Below the pieces are notes generated by a model. It was not told where the DNA came from. It saw nothing but the letters and a program-made list of their open reading frames with translations, and did no database searches. A stretch of 64,000 nt of DNA from NCBI GenBank assembly GCA_001244265.2, contig CDLV01000008.1:310001-374000 (forward strand), in the 5' to 3' direction. Below, piece after piece: positions 11,775 to 21,555 of the stretch. The translations under genes and the position numbers were made by a program. Every line of letters starts with the position of its first letter. The stretch's first letter is position 1. Source of the DNA: Microbotryum violaceum (lineage: Eukaryota).

Positions 11775-13101
11775 ATGTCCGACGACAAGCAGAAAGGCGC
11801 TGATGCGCAGAAGGTAAGCCTCGACTTGACAAACACCCTTGTGGTAGGAACCTGCTGCTGGTGCTGACTTCGACCCAACTACACCTGCTTGTCCCCCACC
11901 TGGCAGAACATCACCAGATGGGCCGACAAGAACGGCGAGTTCAAGCGACTCCCGTACGTAACTTCATTTTGACTTGTTGTATGTCGTGCACTGGGTCTCG
12001 ACTTGATATCTGCCCCATAGTTCCGTCTTCCGCAACCACATTGAGCAAGGCGGCAAGCACCCTCCCGAAAAGGGCCGTTACACCCTCTACGTCTCGCTAG
12101 CCTGCCCCTGGGCCCACCGCACGCTAATTGTCCGCAAGCTCAAGGGACTCGAAAGTTTCATCGATGTCTCGGTCGTTCACCCCTTCATGGGTGCGCTCGG
12201 ATGGAGCTTCTACCCTCCCATTCGCGACGAGGATGGTGCCTACCCTGTGACTCACGGTGAGACGGGTCCCGACGATAGAGTTCAAGGCGTGATCCGCGAT
12301 CCTCTCTACGATTCCAAGTTTGTGCGAGAGCTCTACTTCAAGGCTGACAAGGAGTACAATGGAAGGTGAGTATGGGCTGCGAAGAGCGGCACCTTGTCTT
12401 GAATTGTGCCTGATGATCTAAACTTCGGCTCGCATGTAGGTTCACGGTGCCCATCCTGTGGGACAACAAGGTCGGTCTCCAGTTGGCAATCAGAACTCAC
12501 GACAATTTTTTCCTAACGTGATCTGTTTCGACTTCTCTAGAAAGCGACGATCGTCAACAACGAGTCGTCCGAGATCATCCGCATGCTCAACACCGAGTTC
12601 AACTCAGAGCTTCCCTCGGAGTTCGCTTTGCTTGATCTGTACCCCGAGTCGCAGCGGCAAGAGATCGATGCGCTCAACGAGTGGGTTTACTCGGACGTCA
12701 ACAATGGAGTGTACCGTTCCGGCTTCGCGACGTCGCAGAAGGCCTACGAAGATGCGGTCAAGAAGCTGTTCGCCAGCTTGGACCGCCTCGAAAAGATCTT
12801 AAGCAACGGCAAGGCGTACCTCGTCGGGGACGAGCTGACCGAAGCCGATGTGAGGCTCTTTACGACAATCGTGCGCTTTGATCCCGTATACCACGGTCAC
12901 TTCAAGTGCAATCTCGGCTCGATCCGCCACGACTTCCCCAACCTCAACCGCTGGGCGCAGAACCTGTACTGGAAGTCGCCGGCGTTCAAGGACACGACCG
13001 ACTTTGACCACATCAAGAGGCACTACTACATGTCGCACGGCCACATCAACCCTACGCGTGTCGTTCCCGTCGGACCGTTGCCCAACATCGAGTCGCTCTA
13101 G
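11775..13101 (+). CDS. ECM4: Omega/Xi-class glutathione transferase (glutathionyl-hydroquinone reductase, Ecm4/Gto-like)
   Basis: Spliced product with GEFKR..SVFRN, RYTLYVSLACPWAHRTLI, RFTVPILWD, IVNNESSEII, VNNGVYRSGFA, TEADVRLFTTIVRFDPVYHGHFKCN, HIKRHYYMSH..INPT..VPVGP. Confidence 0.93.
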
Positions 13102-13628
13102 ATCAACCTCATCCGCCATTGCACTACAGGTCCCCACGATCGGCGCGCCGCCATCACAGTATATTAAAATCGCTTTTCGATAGTAGCTCATTGTTGGAGA
13201 ACTGTAACATGTACCCAGACAATTTGCTGTGACTATAATGGTGGTGGCCGGCCTCCGCTCAGCTCCTCTTCCCCCACGAGCACTGCCTAGCAGTTTCAGT
13301 TGGCTCGGCCTGGCAATGTGGGGGCGGGCTGCATGGCCCTCAATTCTCACCCAGCTACCTTCTGGCTCGTCTCCGCCGCTTCCGCTTCCGCTCCCCTGAC
13401 GCCCCTGGCTGAACCCCCATCGTATTTCTCGGTACGTTCCAAAGTCCACACCCTCCTGCACGCCTTGTCAGCCTCAGCCTGCACCCCAGCTTGATCCGCT
13501 GTCGTAGTCCTCCGTCGACCTCGTGACTCGGAAGGCTCGGCGGAGATTCGGCTCCGGGTGTGTGGCCCGCTTCAGATCGCACTGCTGCTCACGTTGATCA
13601 CCGCCGCCTGTGTGCTTGCTACAGTATC

Positions 13629-16600
13629 ATGGTCGTCAAACCCAATCGTTCAGGTGGAGCCAACTACCCTTCCGGATACACGGACGTGCAAGACCATGGC
13701 TTGATTGGAAACTGCAGAACCGGTCAGTCTCAGCTCCCCCACCCTTTCGAGTCCAAGCCGAAATGCATTCGCACGTCCAGTCCGACGCGGCTGATGATCT
13801 TGCTGGGGGGTCATAGAATACGTTGCTGAATCGTTTAGCCTCTTCTGCGTCGGATCATGTGCATAGCTGCTCTGGTCTCCATTTCTGGCACGGGTGAGTT
13901 CGCCGCGGTGCCTGGATTGGGCTATGAGGTCACCACCGCCCAGTTCGGCCAAGAGGATGTGCTGACAATCTTACTGCTCTCTTGCTGCTCGTTTGTGGTG
14001 CCGGTCCCGCTGCTGTGATCTCCGGGTTGCAGTTGCATCCTTGTGTCTACCTCACTTTGATTCGCCCTCGGTCTATGCTCGCATCCTCGACAAGAATCAT
14101 GGCGGTCACTGGAGTATTCGCACCGATACTCCGACTCAAACCAAGCAACAGGTTCGTCGGATGGTTCGGGTCCCCTCGATGGTAGACGACCATCGTGTCA
14201 CTGACACGGCTCCTCGCGTATCCTTCCAAACTGTGCAGTACCTTCCCTCAACCAACATTCTTGCGACCAAATTTTTATCCGATGCCGGGGTCGGTCAAGT
14301 GACAGACTTTTTCCCTATGAGCACCAAGAAGGACGACAAGAACTTTTTGCCTTGGCTCATTCGTTACGTCACCGTCATCCGAGGAGAGCTGACCTTCACT
14401 ATGGTCCGTATGGATGCTGTCTCTAAATCCGGAGCTGCCTTGGGGTTCTCGCGGATAGTAAACCCTTGGAGCGTGGCCCTTTTGATTCGAGTTTGGCCTC
14501 TTGCTCTGACCCGCAGGAGAACGCACCGGCTTTCAACTACGCCCGATCGACCCACACGACCACGATCGCTGAAGATGGCCAATCGGTCAAGTTCGAATGC
14601 CCCGATCACCTCAACCTCGACATGCGAGCTGTTGCTTCTGCAGGCGAGTTCGCTGGACCCGGTGCACCTCTGCCTACGGTCTCGCTCGAGTTGCTCGACC
14701 TGTCCGAACGTGGTCACAAAGGTCTTGGAGTCACCTCGACGTTCACGCTCAAGGAAGGCGAGAGCATCACATTCGTTTTGCGCGAATGCCCCACGGCAGC
14801 CACGTTGGGTCAGGCCCCGTCGGGAACGCCCGTCTCCAGTTCAAGCGAGTCTTTATCCATTTCAGTATCGGCCCCCTCGTTGCCGTCCGAGACCTGAGCG
14901 ACTAGCGCTCCCCAAGTCTCGCTGGCGAATCTTCGCCCATGCGAGATTGTTGGTGTCGAAGACGGCGTCGAGTCGTTGCGCCATCTGCACAACCTGTTCT
15001 CGTATGTTGACCGCTGCTCCCTAAACCCCACCTTCAGATGCTGCGGGCTCGCCCGTCGGTCAAGGTTCGACCAGCTCTACGTCCGGCGTCGTGACTCCTC
15101 TCGATCCTCCCTTGTCGATGGATCTCTTGTGGAAGCTTTTCCATCACACGACGACTTATTGGATCAAGTGGTCCGGCAAGTGCTCCTACGAAGGCCGATG
15201 GCGAGAAGTCTGTCTGCGTTCGGCGCTGGCACTTAAGGTGGGTGATCCCATCTGTATCTCCTTCATTAATAGGTCTTGGTTTGATTTTAAATACTGACGT
15301 TCTTGTCTTCTTCTGGATGTAGCTACTCTGCTTCGCCCCGACGGGCGCAATTGTCGCCGCGCCCACGTTCTCGCTCCCTGAAGACCTCAACGGTGCCGGG
15401 CGTAATTGGGATTACCGGTACTCTTGGCTGCGTGACTCGGTGAGTGTAGTGCAAAAACAGGTTGACGCGTTCGGTGATTCATTGCTGAATATAGAAGGTT
15501 CCCGATAGGCCTTCTCGGTCTACGCGCTACTCCGACTAGGTAGGTCTTATCTCACTATGCTGCGCCTGAGATAGCCCCTCACTGACCCCCCATTTGTCTT
15601 CCGCTGCAGGTTTCACTGAAGAAGCGGATCGTGCGTGTTACGGATATTCTTTTGATCAAGAAATGGATCGAAAAAGCTGAATGGTGACGCTCACAGGCTA
15701 CATCGAATGGCTCTCCAAGGCGATGAAGAACAAGAAGCCCGACGGTGGACTCTACGTGAGTTATATGCCAGCAGGGAATTGTGCTTCATCCCGAAAACCC
15801 TGACTAATCATCAACCGCTCATCTCAGATCATGTACAACATCCGTGCTGGAACTGATGGCATGGAAGAGGTCGAGCTCGAGCACCTCGATGGGCACAAGG
15901 GGCAAAAACCCGTCCGCGTTGGTAATGGTGCTGCCGATCATCTGCAGCTCGATATCATGGGCGAACTGATGGACGCCATCTATTTGGCTCAGAAGCTATC
16001 AAAGCCTCGTAAGTCTGATTCGACTTTCATGCTCTTCTCCCCCTTGATTCGGTCCGACGCTGACTGGCCCCACAAACGCTTCTCAGTTTCCTACGACACC
16101 TGGGTCGAGGTCCGAGGTTTGGTCGACTGGACGTGCGATCACTGGGACCAGCCCGATCTCTCGATCTGGGAGGTGCGCGGAAAGCCCCAGGACTTCCTCT
16201 ACTCTAAGGTCATGTGTTGGGTCGCCATCGATCGAGGCCTTCGTCTAGCGGACAAGCGTTCGCTCCCCGCTCCGAACCGCAACAAGTGGCTCGAAACGCG
16301 CGACAAGATTTACGAGGAAGTGCAAACCCGAGGGTACAACCAAAAGGCCAAATTCTACGCGCAGAGCTATCAGTCGATAGACGTGCTCGACAGTGCGGTG
16401 TTGATCATGCCATTGTGCTTCTTCTGCAACGCCAACGACCCGCGCTTCCTCAACACCGTGGACGCGATCATGAAGAGTCGCGACCGCGGTGGATTGACCG
16501 AGAACAACCTAGTCTACCGCTACGACACGAGCAAGGTCGACGACGGCACGGGCGGAGGTGAAGAAGGTGCTTTCTCAATGGTCACGTTGTGGTTGATCGA

Positions 16601-16835
16601 AGCTCTCTCCCGAGCCGGCGAATTCGAACCGACTTACCTCGCTCAAGCCGTCTCGGCCCTCGAGGATTTCATCGGTTATAGCAACCACGTCATGCTACTT
16701 TCTGAGGAAGTGTCCAAAGGTGGTGAACCTTTGGGTAACTTCCCTCAAGCGTTTTCGCACGTTTCGTTGATCTCGACTTGCTTCAATGTCGATCGCGCGC
16801 TAAGGACCCATCGTCGTTCGGACCCGACCGCTTAG
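13629..16835 (+). CDS. Glycoside hydrolase family 15 (trehalase/glucoamylase-like, six-hairpin), no signal peptide
   Basis: Multi-exon: [105 protein letters not shown]. Confidence 0.9.
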
Positions 16836-17384
16836 GAGTAGAAGTGGAGGACAACCTTTGTTCATAGGCGAAATTCGTTGACTGCATCTACTAGTCGATG
16901 AGAGCTGCTTGTTCTGTGACCACGGTTGTGTGACATCTTTCATTGTAATCAAACAATTAGTTTCGGTTCGAAATGCTAAAGCTTTGCAAAGCCTCACCAA
17001 GGCATGCCGTCGCGGGCGCCGCGCTCGTGAAGTGGCTATGGCAGGCCAAGTTATAGGCGAGCAGGAACCATCAGAACGGTTTGAAGGCTGAAGTGACCCC
17101 GACCCTCGGTGCATCATCTGATCGGACCGCAAACTTCTCCAGACACATGCGTTCCGGTCCGCTTCTCTCGTACAGCGTTGAGACCACGACTCAAAGCGGA
17201 TAGAGAAAGACTGTCGTCGTTACAGCACGGGAAAAATGACAATGGGAAGGTCGGCGAAAGGAGTAAAAAGAAAAAAGATGCGCGATCCTATTCGAGTTCC
17301 CCCTCCTCATCATCGTACTTTCCCGTCCACCTCCGCTTTCTTCAAATTAGAGAAACTTCAACCCGACCCCAGGGAGGAGCAGGT

Positions 17385-18775
17385 TTAAGCATCAATGTCC
17401 TCGATGGCGGCGATCTTGTCCTCCTTGGCACCACCAACGATCTCTTCGGAAGCGGCGGGAATTTCGGCGGCGATGGGGGAAAGGATGATCTCGAGGTGGG
17501 TGGGGTGGCCCTTGTAGGGGTTCATTCGGCCGTGGGCGCGGTAGGTCCTTCGGTGGGTCTTGGGTGCCTGTTGGACGATAATGTTCTGCACCTTGAGCTC
17601 GTTAACGTCGAGGCCGTTGACCTCGGCGTTGGATTGGGCGTTCTTCAAGAGACCGAGCAAGAACTTGGCCGACTTGATGGGCCAGCGACCCTGGACGACA
17701 CCGAATTGCTTGGCCTGGGCCGTTCGGCCGACGGCACCGTTGTGACGGCGGAAAGGAACGCATTGCTTGTGCGCCTGGACATCCTCGAGGTAGGTGATGG
17801 CGTTGGCGAGCTCACGGCCGGTAACGGCAGCTGCGGTCTCACTGATAGGCGGAGGGTCAAATGCGACGGAGGCAAGCAGGTCAGCGCGCGGCCCTGAATG
17901 CACTCTGAGTTGGTGACCGCATGAATGATGCGACGCACCGGGTGTTCTTGAAGTGAACTCGGAGGTAAGTTCCCTTCGAAATTCCGACGGCCTTTCGGTC
18001 CTTGATGAGGTGAGACGAGGCGTACTTTGCCTGCGGAGGGAGGGTGGGGAGAGATGGCATGGTCAGCATCGTCCGTCAGTCCGGCACCTGTGATGATCTG
18101 TGATGCCACGTAGATTGCCGCTGTCGACTTGTCGTGTTCTCGAGCGTTGGTCAAGCCTGGCTCGAAATTGCTGAACGGGCGAGGCGTGGCGTGCAGGGCG
18201 TCGGCGTGTGCGGAAGCCATCGGGCATTGCCCCTCGTACAACCCTCCAAAGCCCAGCCTGCTGCTGTGTACCGTATAGTCACCCATCTCCACCATCTCGT
18301 CACACCGTGATAGCGATGAACAGGGTAGATCTTGACAGCAGCTCGTGGTGAATGGACCGCGCCGGGGGTTTCGCGTGTGGCCCTCGAGCTGCATGCGTCG
18401 CACGCCTGCCAACACACACACACGCCCCGCCCACACACGAGAGGCCCCCAGCAACACCACACACGGCCGACCCATTCTGCTCTGCAGTCAGCCTCCCCTC
18501 CATGCCAGAGCACTCCTTTTCCGTTCCACAGTACATTCCCCATCAGGCTCGTTCCAATGGTCGCAGTCGGGAGGCGCCTAGGTCGATGTAGTCGTCGCAG
18601 GCCGGTCGGTGCGACGTCGCATCGAGTTTTGCCAGGCCGCCATTTCAGCTTGGCCTCGTAGCGCACCCGGGGCTCGGGCCGTAGCATTCGAGGCGACAGC
18701 GATGGCCGATCAAAGAGCGAGATCGAGAGGTCGTAGACGATCACACGGCAGCAGTCACGGAAAGAAATGTACCAT
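17385..18775 (-). CDS. RPL17: 60S ribosomal protein uL22 / L17
   Basis: ATG-only exon 18775-18773, exon 18030-17939 (AKYASS...[12 protein letters not shown]), exon 17841-17385 (ETAAA...[23 protein letters not shown]...[13 protein letters not shown]). Confidence 0.95.
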
Positions 18776-19018
18776 TTTAGATGAACGTGGGCGATGTGGA
18801 GGGCGTCGACAGGGCGGAAGCAGGTCGCAACCGTAGGCTCACCCGCTTGCCAATCGCCTCCGCGTGCGACGGGCGCGGCCCAAAAATCAATTTCGGCTTC
18901 TTTTTTTCTTGCTCGCGCTTTTTGGACCTGGCCTGGCCAAAGACAGGGGGCTTGCTCTGCCCGCCCACTGAGTTCACTAGTCCCAACAAGGCGGGATCAT
19001 GCAGTACAGACGCAGTTC

Positions 19019-19909
19019 TCACGTTGAGTTTTCAATTACCCGCCACCTTTTTCCATCCTCTGTTGTAATCACATCACCCTCCTTTGGCGGATCTTCGTCG
19101 CCCGCTCGAGTCTCGCCCAGCGGCCGCCGCTTGCCGTCCACCTTCCCATCACCTACCACGTCCTTCCACTCCCCACTTCCATTCAGATCCCTCCTCGTTG
19201 CCCAAAATTTGCTCTGGTAATCCACCCCATCCCGACTTCCCACCCCGCGACCCTACCCCAAAAAACCTTGTCATCCTCCCTCGCCAAAATCAAACACTTC
19301 ACCACCTTCGGTAAAAGCAACCTTCTCCAAACCTCTTCATATTCCTGTATCGGAGAACCAGGTACGTCTGGATTTGGCATCGATCCTGTTTCCAACACAT
19401 CGCCGTTGGGTAGAGTAGTAAAAGTCCCTTCGTCTGCTGGAATAGACTTATCCTCGTCTGCTGCAGGTGGAGGTGTGTACTCTGGTGCGCATTGTCTCGA
19501 GTCGATGAGGGGTGCGAAAGAGGCTCTTGGTTGTCCTGGGATAATCAATCAAACATAAATACGAAAAATGAACCTTGCTTTCAAGTCGATCCCACCGCTC
19601 GTATCACTTGCTCACCATCAGCCGAAGCTGGCAAGAGCTTCTTCCATCCTGCTGTAGCCCAATCGATCTCGCCTTGCCGTTGATGACCATCCACAAAAAT
19701 TCTCAAGTCTAAGAAGAAACCTGTTCTACCCTGCATTCCATTCACGCCAGCGCCTAGCCGTTGATCAGCTTCGAAGCTGGACCTATCGGTATGGGGGTTC
19801 GAGGCATCATCTTACGTACCTGAATGACCAACACGTCACAATCTTCGGATGCTGCATTTGGAGGCCATCGAATGGAGACGCGCGTAGAAACCAGAGGATC
19901 CATTGTCAT
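19019..19909 (-). CDS. HRI1: HRI1-family protein with an apparent 1-nt frameshift near 19225-19228
   Basis: STRVSIRWPP, FFLDLRI, IDWATAG, DEGTFTTLPNGDVLETGSMPNP, YEEVWR. The family-like C-terminus (GDVITTEDGKRWRVIE) is in the adjacent frame. Confidence 0.75.
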
Positions 19910-20157
19910 GGTCGCCAGCTTGATCGGGACGAGAGAGGGTCAGCGAGACGGCCCGGTGACTTTCTAGGCTTGGCGCAGAGCGTGTGGGGTGGATCGCTAT
20001 CGCACGCGCGCTGGCCCGAAGTGGAAGGTCTTGCCCTACAGAGAGTCGCGACTCGCGAGGACGGTCGTAATCGAAGTCTATACAGTGAGAGGCGGTAGAG
20101 AGTACTTGTTAAACGTCTTTAATGGGTTTCAGCTAGAAGTTAACTACCAAGCGAGAG

Positions 20158-20160
<3 letters not shown>

Positions 20161-20190
<30 letters not shown>
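20161..20190. repeat. (GA)15 microsatellite
   Basis: Perfect dinucleotide run read directly from the sequence. Confidence 0.95.
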
Positions 20191-20193
<3 letters not shown>

Positions 20194-20395
20194 GGAAGGG
20201 CAACTTGTTCCCAGAGCCAGGCCGAGGCCTGTGCGTCGGCGTCAGTCTTGACGTCGGCCACGGGGTCGATGTAAGGCCCGTGCGCCTGGGCCTTAGAAGG
20301 AGGGGGGGGGGCGCGCGCGCCTGGGGACTCTTAGTCTCTCAGCGACTGATAACGTAGAGTGTCCAGGTGAGCCCAAGTGGATCAGGAGGCATTGT

Positions 20396-20900
20396 TGTAG
20401 CAGCGACTAACGTAGAGTGTCCAGTGTCAATCCTACATACTTTGGTCCTGTGATCTTATCGTTGTCGCTCCGGTGTGCACTCCTACGGGGTGTGTTACAG
20501 TCGAAGGCCTGGTCTCAAGGGGGGCGGCCTTACGACCTCCCCCCGAAGTCCTGTCTGGGCTTCTTCGCTTGACTATTCCCTGTAATGCCGTGGTCGGTAT
20601 ACACCGAGGGGTCCAAGGGAATAGTCAAGCCAAGAAGCTCAGACAAGACTTCGGAGGGAGGGTGTAGGGCCGCCCGTCCCCCTTGAGACTGTAAGGTTCG
20701 GCAGCCTCTCGGTAGGTCCAAGCTCAAACCTCGGACCGATGGACCGACTTGCCTGACCTCCCTTTTATTTTCCTACCTTTGACTGACAACCATTGTGCAT
20801 CCCCTTGTCATCCTTTCCTATTTTTATCTCATCTGCCTCTATTGTCCTAGGTCACCACAAAGAACCACATTGTCTACATCTCTCCCTTTCATTTCGCCAG
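20396..20900 (-). mobile_element. 3' LTR-like remnant (~483 bp) of an LTR retrotransposon with adjoining polypurine tract
   Basis: The minus strand begins TGTAG at 20878 and ends CTACA at 20396 (TG...CA, 5-bp inverted ends). Purine run GAAATGAAAGGGAGAGA lies immediately 5' of the TG. I saw no second LTR or TSD. Confidence 0.55.
20495..20694. repeat. Imperfect ~200-nt fold-back inside the LTR-like element
   Basis: gtctcaagggg...gcttgactattccct (20512-20581) pairs with agggaatagtcaagc...ccccttgagac (~20617-20689). There is also an outer ttacagtc/gactgtaa pair and an inner tcggt/accga stem. Confidence 0.85.
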
Positions 20901-21555
20901 ATCTCCTCAAATAGCGACCCGTAGCTCTCTTCTCTCTTTTCTTCTTTCCTCATCCTTCACTGGACCCCCACTCTTGACTCGAACTTGACAATTGACTAGT
21001 TTTGGGACTGTCTCTTCGTCAAGAACATCGAGAGTACATCTGTAAGGAGCCCAGATTACTCCGCAGCGGCGTAAGTAATGGCGGGTTCCTTGATAGTACT
21101 CTCGATGTTGCTTGATGGACCTAACACGAAGCCATGCTCGGACCCATGCGAACGAAACCCCTGGCTCTGCGTGCATGAAGCGTCGGGCCTTGATCACAAG
21201 GCTACAACAAAACTTCGTAATCCACAGCAAAAGTCTATCTATTTTCACAATTGCTGGCGGGCTCGCACGATAGCCTCGAGCCTCACTTGTTGGCAAGAGA
21301 AATTCGAGGCATCCACCAGGGCTCCTTCCAATGCAAGATGCAAACGACAAAAAGACTATGCATAGTGTTCTAAAAGACATGCGATGCGGAGACAAAGCGA
21401 ATATATGTATCCAGATGATTCGTAAGGAACGTAGTATGGAGGCGCACCAGGCGCCATAGGACGAAAAGTGTCGTGTTTGAGTTCGAGGGAGTGTCCGTGA
21501 GTACTGCGGTCATAGAATGAACCGCGGTGAATGGTTGTGTTTTTTTTTGGATGTT

